This document shows positions 23,349 through 35,447 of a stretch of 35,603 nucleotides of DNA, one piece after another. This stretch comes from Priapulus caudatus. Lineage: Eukaryota. Below the pieces are notes generated by a model. The model searched no databases. It was not told where the DNA came from and saw nothing but the letters and a program-made list of their open reading frames with translations. How positions within the stretch are numbered: the first letter of the stretch is position 1; each line of letters opens with the position of its first letter. The translations under genes and the position numbers were made by a program. The DNA is taken from NCBI RefSeq assembly GCF_000485595.1, contig NW_014577067.1, forward strand, positions 1,142,840 to 1,178,442. Direction: 5' to 3'.

Positions 23349-23501
23349 TTTCTCTTTCTCTCTCTCGCTCTCTCTCTCGCGTGCGCGCGCTCTCTCTCTC
23401 CTCTCTCTCTCTCTCCCTCTCCCTCTCCCTCTCTTTCGCGCGCTCTTTCTTTCTGTCTATCCATCTCTTTATCTCTCTCTCGCTCTCTCTATCTATCTCT
23501 A

Positions 23502-23568
<67 letters not shown>

Positions 23569-23590
23569 TTCGCGCTTTCTTTTTTTCTAT
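23208..23590. repeat. Intronic (CT)n microsatellite
   Basis: Seen directly. Confidence 0.95.
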
Positions 23591-23825
23591 CGCTGCTATT
23601 GACTATGTTATGTATCTACATTTCATAGGAATGGGCAACTGCTTCCCTTACTCCCGCCGCTAGCTACTGCCCTGAATGGATATTTTCAGAGACTACCACG
23701 AAATACAATATCCTCTGATGGACATCGTGTCGATACGACGTCATCATACATAGCAAGAGCAGTAGCCGGATTCATATTAGCACGGAAAGCCATCGCTAAA
23801 ACCTCATAATTAATTTTATTTTCAG

Positions 23826-24457
23826 AAATCACCACAGAGTGCCAAGGTCAGGCGCAGTTCACTCGAACCATTTGTGGCAAAATGCATCTCGCCTCTTCCA
23901 GCCGCCATCTTCCTTCGACAGACTTTTGCCAGAATATCAAGATGGCCGCCAGCGACAGACACTTCGGCGTCGAATTCGTCAGCGCGCAGAACACGTCGAC
24001 CGCCGACGTCGCTCTCGCAACGGCTCGTTCCTTGCTCCGCCGCAAGGGGTCGCTGCTCGTACTCGGCATCGGCTTTCACGACCACTGCAACGCGGCGCGC
24101 GTCATCGAACAATACCTGACGCCGGTCGTCGCCGAGGTGCGAACGCACGGGCAGGGTTGGCCAAAACTGCTGTGGGTGTCCGTCGATCACCCGGGTCTGC
24201 TGAAACCGCTGCCCTACCGTCGACTGCAGGGCATCGAGCGCTGCGGTCCTTTCTCGCAGAAGATCGCGCGCTATCTCGCGAGATTCGAGGTGCCGGTGCT
24301 GAACACGGTCGAGTTGACGAGTGACGTCAGTAGTTACGACGGCACGCACTACGCACACGGCGTGAATGACGTCAAGGTGCAGATTCTGCTCAATTACGTG
24401 CTGGAGCTGTTCTTAAAGATGCGCAGACGAACGCAGGCCGCGCGCGTTACTCACTAA
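23826..24457 (+). CDS. Terminal exon of the SGNH/PC-esterase-like protein, with DxxH motif
   Basis: ttttcag acceptor in phase 1, matching the donor at 23181. Encodes LLVLGIGFHD and SYDGTHYAHGVN. Stops at TAA. Confidence 0.88.
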
Positions 24458-24466
24458 CACGCAGCT

Positions 24467-24467
<1 letters not shown>

Positions 24468-24545
<78 letters not shown>

Positions 24546-24572
24546 CACGCGCACATACACACACGTGCGCGC
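24468..24572. repeat. (CA)n microsatellite in the 3' region
   Basis: Seen directly. Confidence 0.95.
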
Positions 24573-25085
24573 AGACGTAGGAATATATGTATATATGTAG
24601 GCGGATGTATGTAAATATTGCAAGGCAGAAAAAACACACTAACTGTATTATAAGTGACTGGAATAAGTTATTTTCTTTGATTATTTATTATTTTTTTCTG
24701 TTTCTGTTGTTTATTATTATTTCTGTTGAGGTGTTTAATATAATTTTAACATATTAATCAGCCAATAGATAGCGATATGCTTCCTACATGACATGTGCAG
24801 CTGGCTAGCCTATACTATATAAATTAATTCATATTTTATTTTAATAATACTTTTTAATTAAATTACATATAATTGAAATATCATAATGTTAATTAGTAAT
24901 AATATTATAATTTACTTAGTTTCATAACCACGCGAAGGGAAATCTAGGCAAATTTCTATGTCGTCCGAAATTACATGATATTTTGTTGTTTCTTTGTTGA
25001 AATTATACATTAAAAAAATTAAGAGTAAATATTCGTTTCAGCAAATTAACATAAAAAGTAAGTACAGATGCTTTTATTCAATAAC

Positions 25086-26150
25086 GATAGGGAGCCATAC
25101 CTGACATAATACCAATAAAATTTAAGGCAGCCAATAGGTGGCGATATCTATCTAACCTAACATATCCACCTGCGCGCGCGCATGTCTGCCATTTATCGAA
25201 TAAGAGAAATAGTATTTTGTCGTAAATGCGTTTGATTTAGAGAAGACATATACAATTAAAAAACATAGAATTCATATAAAGTGTGTAGTTGAACCAAATT
25301 TACTTGTGTCTCTTCGCACACGCCTCGTATCTACAAAATGAAATAATATTTCGTAGAATTTATATATTTAAAATGTATAGTAACTGTAAATTCGTCGCAG
25401 TAGTTTGATGTAAAAAATAAGTCCAGATGCGTCTCTACAATAATGATAAGGCGCCTTAGCTGACGTATCACTAATAAAACTATAGTCAGCCAATAGGTGG
25501 CGATAGGTGTCCTACAGGACATATATTATATGCAGCTATTTTTCTAGAATCTATCAAATAAGGAACATTTTGCTGCAATGATACTTTTAATTTAGAAGGT
25601 ACGTGTGTGTACACAACAAGTCACTTTAATATTCATAAGGGGCCTAGTTGAACCAAATTTGCATGAATTATTGTGGTTGATAGGGAGCCCTAGCTACAAT
25701 AACACTAATAAAATTCAAGGCAGCCAATAGGTGGCGATATGTGTCCTACATAACACACATCCACATGAGCAGAGCACGTATATGATATACATACACATGC
25801 ATGTCTGTCATTTCTCGAATAAGATAAATAGTATTTTGTTGTAATAATGCTTTTGATTTAGAGAAGATATGCCCACCAGTTACTTATATATTCATAAATG
25901 GTCTAGTTGAGCCCAATTTATCTGAATCATCGTGCTAGATGTGTGTTCACGCATGCCTTGTATCATCGAAATGAAATATTATTTTATTGAATTTATACAT
26001 TTAAAATGGGGAGCAAACTATCCGTCGCAGTAGCTTCACATGAAACATAATTCCAATTTCCTATCTTCAATAATGCAAGGGTGCCTTAGCTGATCAAATA
26101 CGAACAATATTTATGACAGCCGCTAGATGGCGACAGGTTTCCTACCTTAT
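25086..26150 (+). repeat. Diverged ~600-bp tandem duplication with a recurring CAGCCAATAGGTGGCGATA motif
   Basis: gatagggagcc at 25086 and 25679. catgtctg..cattt..cgaataaga at 25181 and 25800. aaatgaaata at ~25336 and ~25969. Confidence 0.7.
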
Positions 26151-26702
26151 ATAATATATAGGCATGGCGTTGTCTTCCAAGTAATTAAGATATTGAGATC
26201 GGGAATTACGATGCAGACGTACTTTCTCTTAATTTACTTTCTCTTATACGGCTTTTCCTTTTAAGCACATGAGATCATCCAAGTAGCATTGTCATTGGCA
26301 GATAACTTGCCGAGATGCCACAAAGCCATATACTTTAGAATCGAGTGCTGTTGGCTCCCAAGTGTGATTTTGATTTTGGTACTGTGCTTTTCGGTGGTGA
26401 TTTATTATAGAAACTCACTACTGTGTAGGTCCTCTCTCGTTTGAGAACAAACATGAAATCGACAGAATACTATCACTGCCGTGGGATAACATGCCGACAT
26501 GACTGGACCTTTGGGCCTTATAGTATAGCATACGAGCAATGAATAGTCAGGGATTTATTCCTGGAGTGCGTTACATGACAGGAGGAAGTTGAATGAAGGA
26601 GCCGAGGAGATAGACGGATAGGATGAGAAGTTGGAAGCGGGGAAAAGAATGCGTTGAAAATGTTGAGGGATAGAAACTCAATAAGATTGGATGTGGAAAG
26701 AG

Positions 26703-26707
26703 ACACA

Positions 26708-26744
<37 letters not shown>

Positions 26745-27335
26745 CACGACACAGGCACCCACAGGGCGGTAGCCCGCACAAACACGACACACAGCACATC
26801 ACGACCACCAGCCCGCACACACACCACACCCACAGCACACGCGACTGCGACAGACACCACAGGCGACACGGCCCGCGGCGACACACGAGCCGGGCCCGCG
26901 CAGCACGACACACACACACCACACACACACACACACACACAGGTCCCCACAACACACACCGACGAGAGAGAGAGGAGAGCAGAGGAGAAGAGAGAGACGA
27001 TGGAGAGAGAGAGCCGGGCCGTTGTGTCTGCGAGACGAGAGAGAGAGAGAGACGAGACACAAGAGAGAACAAGGAGAGATGAGAGAGAGCAGACAAACGA
27101 GACGAGAGAGAGAGAGAAGAGAGAGAGGCGACGAGAAGGAGACGAGAGGAGAGAAAGAGAGAAGAGAGAGAAGAGAGAGAGAGAGAGAGAGGAAAAAGAG
27201 AAAGCAGATAGAGAGAGAGAGAGAGAGAGAGCAGAGAAAGAGAGAGAGGAGAGAGAGAGAGAGAGCAGATGGAGTAGAGATGAGAGTAAGGGAGACGTGA
27301 GAGACGTGCGAGAGAGACACTGGAGCACACAGAGA
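26703..27335. repeat. Noisy (CA)n and (GA)n microsatellite block
   Basis: Seen directly. Confidence 0.9.
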
Positions 27336-27445
27336 GCGCGGGGAGTGGGTAAGAATGAAGTACGTTAAATAGCCCCACGCGTCATTGTCTTCAGGACAAT
27401 TTTCTAAACACTTCTGCTCAATCTTTCATGAGAACAGAGAGGGAG

Positions 27446-27946
27446 GGAGGAGGAAGAGAATGAAGAAGAGGAGGTTCAAACCGAGTTAAAAAAACTAATG
27501 TCACTGAAAACAAAATAACAGCCCGTATTGATCAGAAGTTCCTGTTTCTTGCGCTGTAGTTCACATGCACACGCCGCAACCTTGGCGTAACCTGTGCAAA
27601 CGGTCACGTGACGACCTCCCACGACGCAAGAGACGTTGAACTCGTGCGCGATCTTTCTTCATTAAGTCTACTATATACACCATCGGTCTCTTCTCGAACG
27701 CTAGCGTCTGGTGCACCTTCTGTATCAGGGTCGCGCCTTGCCACCGTCTCGTGCGCGTTCACTCCTCGCTCTCTTGCATCGGGTGCCGTCGCTATGCGTG
27801 GCGAGTCATTCCACTGAGAATTTCTCTATAGAAAACTATAACCAGCAGTTAGAAACACAACTAACGCGTATACCTGACAATGAGAAACAGAACTAACGCG
27901 CATTGCTAGCTATACAAAACAGAACTAACGCGTATGGCTGGCAATA
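27446..27946 (+). repeat. ~500-bp segment directly duplicated at ~34917-35447
   Basis: ggaggaggaagagaatgaag...gaaaactataaccagcag is nearly identical in both places. Confidence 0.92.
27604..27825 (-). CDS. Possible terminal exon of an unidentified minus-strand gene (second copy 35073-35294)
   Basis: On the minus strand, ttttctatag acceptor then 73 open codons RNSQWNDSPR...DGVYSRLNEERSRTSSTSLASWEVVT-stop. No recognisable homology. Confidence 0.25.
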   Translation of the reverse strand, partial: RNSQWNDSPRIATAPDARERGVNAHETVARRDPDTEGAPDASVREETDGVYSRLNEERSRTSSTSLASWEVVT

Positions 27947-29515
27947 CGAAACAGAACTAACACGTATAGCTGGCAATGAGAAACAGAACTAACGCGTATG
28001 GCTGGCAATACGAAACAGAACTAACACGTATAGCTGGCAATGAGAAACAGAACTAACGCGTATGGCTGGCAATACGAAACAGAACTAACACGTATACCTG
28101 ACAATGAGAAACAGAACTAACGCGCATTGCTAGCTATACAAAACAGAACTAACGCGTATGGCTGGCAATACGAAACAGAACTAACACGTATAGCTGGTAT
28201 GGCAATGAGAAACAGAACTAACACGTATACCTGACAATCTTAATGAGAAACAAGCTAACTGCGCATTGCTAGCTTATACAAGAACACGAGCCTACGGCGT
28301 ATTGGCTGGGCAATGAGAAACAGAACTAACGCGTATGGCCTTGCATGAGAAATCGAACTAACGCGTATGGCTGGCAATACGCAACAGACTACCACCGTAT
28401 ACCTGACAGATGAGAAACCAGAACTGAACGCGCATTGTGCCTAGCGTATACAAAACAGACTAACGCGTAATGGCTGGCAATACAAACCAGAACTAACAGT
28501 CATACTGACAATGAGAAACAGAACTAACGCGCATTGCGTAGCTATACAATAACAGACAGACGCGTATGGCTGGCAATGAGAACCAATACTGGAACGTAAC
28601 ATCGTATGGTGGCCATGAGAAACAGACACTATACGCGTATGTCTTGGCATACGAAACAGAACTAACACGTATCGCTGGCAATGAAAACAGAACTACCGCG
28701 TATGGCTGGCAATAAAAAACCACAACTAACGGCGAATGCTTCCGGAGATGAGGAAACAGAACTAGACGCGTATAGCTGGCAATGAGAAACCGAACTACCG
28801 GCGTATGGCTTGGCCAATGACGGAAACAGAACTAACTACGTATAGCTTGGCATGAGTAAACAGAACTAACGCCGTATGGCTGGCAATAAGAAACTACAAC
28901 TAACGCGAATTCGCGGCAGATGAGAAAACAGCACGACTAACAGCGATTAGCTGGCAATGATAAAGGCAGAACTGAACTTGCGTTATGGGCTGCAATAACG
29001 AACGAACTAACACGTATAGCTGCAATGAGAAACAGAACTAACGCTATGCTTGGCACTAAAAACCACAACTAACGCAAATTCCGGCAATGAGAACCAGAAC
29101 TAACGCGTCTACTGGCACGAGAAACAAGACCTCACGCGTATATGGCTGGCAAGCAGAAACAGGAATTAAACTGCGTATGGCTGGCAATGAAAAAACACCA
29201 CTACGCGTATACAGGCCAATACGAAATCAGAACTAGACGCGTATCTGGCATGAGAAACAGAACTAGACGCGCAAGCTGGCCATGTGAAACAGACGAACGG
29301 CCATGGATGTTAGGCAATGAGAACCCGAACTACGCGTTATATGAGGCGAAACGAAACAGAAGCTACGCGTATAGACTGGCATGAGAAACAAGCATCTAAC
29401 GCGTATAGTTGGCCAATACGGAAACAGAACTTACGCGGTATATCAGGCATGGAACAGAAACTAACGGCGTATGGCCTGCAATAGAGAAACCGAACTAACG
29501 CGGTGTACGCAATGA
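27852..29515 (+). repeat. 32-bp satellite, about 50 copies
   Basis: Unit gaaacagaactaacgcgtatggctggcaatga. Unit starts at 27852 and 27884 give a period of 32. Confidence 0.95.
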
Positions 29516-29536
29516 GTTGATCGGTGACCACGCGTN

Positions 29537-32500
29537 GTATCTCTGTGTGGTAGTGCTGCGGGGTTAGGGGGAGGATAGCGGCAATGCCGTGTGGTGAGTG
29601 GCTGGCCGGGGGTTAGGAGGATACGTGCAATTGCCGGTGGTGGTGAGTGCTGCGGTTAGGGAGGATACGGTTTCTATCTCTATTTTCTGCGGGTTAGGGG
29701 GGAGATACGTGGATGCGTGTTGGTTGAGTGCTGGCGCGGGTTAGGGGAGATACAGTGGATGCCGTGTGTGAGGCTGCGAGGGTTAGGGGAGGATACAGTG
29801 CATGCCAGTAGTGGTGAGTGCTGCGGGGTTAGGCGGGCAGGATACGTGCATGCCGATGTGTGAGTGCTGGCGGGGTTAGGGGAGGAGATACGTGCATGCC
29901 GTGGTGAGTGCTGGGCGGTAGGGGGAAGATACGTGCACTGAGTGCGGGGTTAGGGGGAGGATACGTGGATGCCGTGTGGTGAGTGCTGCGGGGTTAGGGG
30001 GAGGATACGTGCATGCCGTGTGGTGAGTGCTGCGGGGTTAGGGGGAAGACTACGTGCATCGCCGTGTGGGGAGTGCTGCGGGGTTAAGGAGGAGATACGT
30101 GCAGTCCGGTGGTGAGTGCATGCGGTTGGGGTTAGGGGAGGATTACGTGGGCCAATGCCGTGTGGTGAGTGCGCTGCGGGATTAGTGGGGGAGGATACGG
30201 TGGGAATGCGGTGTGTGAGTGCTGCGGGTTAGGGGAGGATACGTGGAATGCCGTGTGGTGAAGTTGCTGCGGGGTTAGGGAGGATACGTGGATCCGTGTG
30301 GTGACAGTGCATGCGGGTTAGGGGGAGGATTATCGTGCTAATGCCAGTGTGGTGAAGTGGGCTGGCAGGTAGGCGAGGATACGTGGATGTGCCGTGTGGT
30401 GAGTGCTGCGGGGTTAGGGGGAGGATACGTGCATGCCGTGTGGTGAGTGCTGCGGGGTTAGGGGGAGGATACGTGCATGCCGTGTGGGTGAGTGCTGTTT
30501 TTCTGGTTAGGGAGTATGTGATTAATTCGTTGATGCCGTGTGGTGAAGTGCTAGCCGGGGTTTAGGCCAGCGCAGATACGTGGCAATGCCGTGTGGTGAG
30601 TGCTGCGCGGGATTCAGGTTGTATGATATCTCTATATCTCTGTGTTATGTCTGTCTGTGGTATGGATGAGATACCGGTGCATGCCAGTGTGTGAGTGCTT
30701 TGTCGTGTTGGGTATATACTGATGCCAGTGTGTGAGTGCTGGCAGGGGTTAGGAGAGGATACGTGCAAATGCCGGGGGTGAAGTGCTGGGGCGGGAGTTA
30801 GGGCGAGGATTACGTGCAAAGCCGTGTGGTGAGTGATTGCGGGTTAGGGCGGGAGGATACGTGGCATGCCGTGTGGTGAGGTGCGTGCGTGGGTTAGGGG
30901 GAAGGATACTGTGGATGCCGTGTGTGAGTGCTGCGGTTGGGAGAATACGGGCATCGCCGTGTGTGAGTGCTGGGCGGGTTCATAGTGTGTGTTATGATAT
31001 CTGTATCTGTGTGTATGCTGCGCGGGGTTAGGGAGAGGATAACGTGGCATCACCGTGGGGAGTGCTGCAAGGGTTAGGGGGAGATTACTGCATGCCGGTG
31101 GGTGAGTGTGTCGGGTTAGGGAGGATACGTGGATGCCGCTGTGAGAGTGCGCGGGTTAGGGGGAGGAAAACTCGGAATGGCGCGTGTGTGAGTGGCTGAC
31201 GGGGTTAGGAGGATACGTGATGCCGTGTGTGAGTAGCTGCGGGGTTAGGGGGAGGATACGTGGATGCCGTGTGGTGAGTGCTGCGGGGTTAGGGGGAGGA
31301 TACGTGGATGCCGTGTGGTGAGTGCTGCGGGGTTAGGGGGAGGATACGTGCATGCCTGTTGGTGAGCTGGCTGCAGTTACGGGAGGATACGTGCATGCCG
31401 TGTGATGGAGGTAGCTGCCAGTAGGGGATGGATTACGTGCATACCGTGTGGTGATGCCTGCGGGGTTAGGGGGAGGAATACTGTGCATGCCAGGTGTGGT
31501 GAGTGCTGGCGGGTTAGGGGGAGATACGTGCATGCCGGTGTGAGTGCTGGCAGAGGGGTTAGGGGGAGGATAACGTGGATGCCGTGGTGAGTGCATGCGG
31601 GATTAAGGGGGATGGATACGTGCATGCCGCGTGTGGGAGTTGCGCGGGGTAAGGGAGGGAGGAGATCGTGCAGCCGTGTGGTGAGTGCTAGCGGGCGTAG
31701 GGAGAGATACGTGCATTCCGTGTGTGATGCGCCAGGTTAGGGGGAGGATATTTCTTATCCGTGGGTGAGTGCTCGGGCTTAGGCGGGAGGATACGTGCAT
31801 AGCCCGTGTGCTGAGTGCTGCAGGTAGGGGGAGGATACGTGATGCCGTGTGTGAGTGGCTTGCGGGGTATAGGGGGAGGATAACGTGCATACCGCTGGTG
31901 AGTGCTAGCGGGTTCAGGGGCAGGATACCTGCCCATGCCAGAGGTGGTGAGTGCTGCGGGATTAGCGGAGGATACGTGCATGCCGTGGTGGTGAGTGCTG
32001 CGGGTTAGAGGAGGATACTGGATGCGTGTGGTGCGTGCTGCGGGGAGGTAGGGGAGGATAACGTGCATGGCTCCTTGTGGTTGAGTGCTGGCGGGTTAGG
32101 CGGGAGGATACGTGCATAGCCGTGTGGAGGCGCGGTAGGGGGAGATACCCCGTGCATGCCGTGTGGTGAGTGCTTTCTATATATATCTGATGCCGTGTGT
32201 GAGTGCAGCAGGGTAAGGGGGAGGACTACGTGCTGCCGGGGTGAGGAGCGCGGGTTTTAGGGGAGGGATAACGTGCATGCCAGTGTGTGAGTGCTGGCTT
32301 GGGGGTTAGGAGGAAGGATACTGATGCCGTGTGGTGAGGCTGCGAGAGGTTAAGGGGGAGATACCGTGGATGCCGAGTGTGGTGAATGCTGCGGGTTTAG
32401 GGGCAAGGATACGTGGATGCGTGTGGTGAGTGCTGCAGGGTTGAGGGGAGGAACGTGGAAATGCCGTGTGTGAGGCTCGCGGGAGTTAGGGGGCAGGATA

Positions 32501-34285
32501 CGGTGCAGCCAGTGGGTGAGCTGCTCAGGTTAGGGAGGGAAAAGGGATAAACGTGATGCCGTGTGGTGAGTGGCTGCGGGTTAGGGAGGATACGTGGCAT
32601 GCCGTGGGTGAAGTGGCGCGGGTTAGGGGAGAGACGTGCATGGCCGTGTGTATCTCGGGGTTAGGGGGAGGATACGTGCATGCCGTGTGGTGAGTGCTGC
32701 GGGGTTAGGGGGAGGATACGTGCATGCCGTGTGGTGATGTCTTGCTGGGGTTAGGGGAGATAACGTGGATGCCGTGTGGTGAGTGCTGCGGGTTAGGGGA
32801 GGATACGTGGGCATGGCCGTGCTGGTGGCAGTGCGCGGAGGTAGGGGAGGAACGTGCAATGCCGGTGGTCGAGTGCTGCGGTTAGGTTGTATATATCTCT
32901 ATCCTGATGTGGTGAGTGCTGCGGGGTTAGGGGAGAGATACGGGATGCGTGATTTGGTGAAGTGCTGCGGGGTTAGGGGGAGATACGATGGTATTGCCGT
33001 GTGAGGAGTGACTGCGGGGTAGGGGGAGGTTATATCTATCTATTTCTTCCGTCGGTGGTGAGTGCTGCGGTTAGGGGAGGATACGTGCACCGTGTGTTGA
33101 GTGCTGGCCGGGTTAGGTTTGCGAGGATACTGAATGCCTGTGGGTAGAGTAGCTGCGCGGAGCGTTAGGGGAGGTACGTGGATGCGTGTGGTGATCGCGG
33201 GGTAAGGGGAGATTTATTTACGTGCATGCCCCGGGGTGAGGCTGCGGGGTTAGTTGGGAGGATACGTGCATGCCCAGTGTGGTGAGTGTTTCTGTGTTTT
33301 AGGGGGAAGGATACGTGCACCGTGGGCTGAGCTTGCTGCGGGTTAGGGGGGAGGATACGTGCATGCCGTGTGTGAAGTGCTAAGCGGGGTTAGGCGGGAG
33401 ATACGTGGATGCCGTGTGTGAGTGCCTGGCGGGTAGGGGGAGGATACGTGAAGCCAGTGTGTTGATTGTCTGCGGGGTTAGGGGAGGATATCGTGCAATG
33501 CTCTGGAAGTGCTTGCAGGGTTAGGGGAGGATACGTGACATGCCGTGTGGTGATGTGCTTGCGGGTGTTAGGGGAGGAACGTGCATGCCTGGTATTTGGT
33601 CTGCGGGGTTTTATAGGGGGAGGATTACGTGCATGCCGTGTGTGAGTTGCTTTGCGGGTTAGGTTGTGGTTATGGTATACGTCAATGTCTCTTGAGTGTG
33701 ATGAGTGCTGCGGGGTTAGGGGAGGATACTGATGCTCGTGTGGTGAGTCTGCGGTTAGGGGGGAGGAACCTTGCATCCGGCTGGATGAGTGCTGCGTTTG
33801 TTTTAGGGGGAGGATACGTGGATGCCGTGGGTGCAGTGCATGCGGGGTATATGTGGAGGATAACGTGCATGCCGGTGTGCAGTGCTAGCGGGTTAGGGGA
33901 GGATACGTGCATGCCGTGTGGTGAGTGCTGCGGGGTTAGGGGGAGGATACGTGCATGCCGTGTGGTGAGTGCTGCGGGGTTAGGGGGAGGATACGTGGAT
34001 GCCAGTGGTGGTGCGTGCTACGAGGCGGAGGTTTTATTGTGGTTATGGATAACGTGCATTCCGTGGTGAGAGCGCTGCGGTGTAGGGGGAGGATAGCGTG
34101 GATGCCGATGATATGGTGAGTGCTGCGGGGTTAGGGGGAGGATACGTGCATGCCGTGTGGGGATGATGCGGGTAGGTGGGGGGGGGGGAGATAACTTGCA
34201 TAGCCGTGTTGGGGAGTGCTGCGGGTTAGGGGAAGAACGTGGAATGTCCGTGTGGTGAGTGCTGAGGCGGGGTTAGGGGAGGCAT
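29537..34285 (+). repeat. 44-bp G-rich satellite, about 100 copies, each containing GGGTTAGGG
   Basis: Unit gccgtgtggtgagtgctgcggggttagggggaggatacgtgcat. Clean starts at 30391 and 30435. Confidence 0.97.
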
Positions 34286-34446
34286 GCACGTATCTTCTCG
34301 CTGCACCGGTGGCGTATTATTGCCCGATAATCTGATTAGAAGCAAGCCCAGCGGGATAAACCCGGAGTCGTGGCGCAGTCAGCTTCCGCCCCGTGATCTG
34401 TGCAATCTAGGAGACGCGTGGATTCACCCGATCAATCATTGCTGCT

Positions 34447-34916
34447 ACACGCGTTAGTTCGGTTTCTCATTGCCAGCCATACGCGTTAGTTCTGTTTCTC
34501 ATTGCCTGATATACGCGTAAGTTCTGTTTCGTATTGCCAACTATACGTGTTAGTTATGTTTCTCATTGCCAGTTATACGCGTTAGTTCGGTTTCGTATTG
34601 CCTAATATACGCGTTAGTTCTGTTTCTCATTGCCTAATATACGCGTTAGTTCTGTTTCACATTGGCAGCTATGCGCGTTAGTTCTGTTTCTCATTGCCAG
34701 CCATACGCGTTAGTTCTGTTTCGTATTGCCTGATATACGCGTTAGTTCTGTTTCTCTACGAAACAGAACTAACACGTATAGCTGGCAATGAGAAACAGAA
34801 CTAACGCGTATGGCTGGCAATAAAAAACACAACTAACGCGAATATCCGGCAATGATTGCCAGCCATACGCGTTAGTTCTGTTTCTCATTGCCAGCTATAC
34901 GCGTTAGTTCTGTTTC
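34447..34916 (-). repeat. 32-bp satellite, mostly inverted, with an internal orientation switch (~34758-34855)
   Basis: acgcgttagttctgtttctcattgccag units are the reverse complement of the 27852 array. Confidence 0.9.
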
Positions 34917-35447
34917 GGAGGAGGAGGAAGAGAATGAAGAAGAGGAGGTTCAAACCGAGTTAAAAAAATAATGTCACTGAAAACAAAATAACAGCCCGTA
35001 TTGATCAGAAGTTCCTGTTTCTTGCGCTGTAGTTCACACACGCCGCAACCTTGGCGTAACCTGTGCAAACGGTCACGTGACGACCTCCCACGACGCAAGA
35101 GACGTTGAACTCGTGCGCGATCTTTCTTCATTACGTCTACTATATACACCATCGGTCTCTTCTCGAACGCTAGCGTCTGGTGCACCTTCTGTATCAGGGT
35201 CGCGCCTTGCCACCGTCTCGTGCGCGTTCACTTCTCGCTCTCTTGCATCGGGTGCCGTCGCTATGCGTGGCGAGCCATTCCACTGAGAATTTCTCTATAG
35301 AAAACTATAACCAGCAGTTAGAAACACAACTAACGCATATACCTGACAATGAGAAACAGAACTAACGCGCATTGCTAGCTATACAAAACAGAACTAACGC
35401 GTATGGCTGGCAATGAGAAACAGAACTAACGCGTATGGCTGGCAATA
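34917..35447 (+). repeat. Second copy of 27446-27946, plus four 32-bp units
   Basis: Only a few substitutions and one 4-nt indel relative to the first copy. Confidence 0.92.

Noticed and set aside
23182..23663. C-terminal part of the 500-aa ORF 22161-23663
   Set aside because: It is read-through into a (CT)n intron. The donor at 23182 and acceptor at 23825 join the real domain halves in phase.
26518..27378. Long ORFs on both strands
   Set aside because: They come from noisy CA/GA microsatellite.
29537..34285. Telomere or proline-rich protein gene
   Set aside because: TTAGGG occurs once per 44-bp unit rather than in tandem, the unit length is not a multiple of three, and the ORFs are short and frame-inconsistent.
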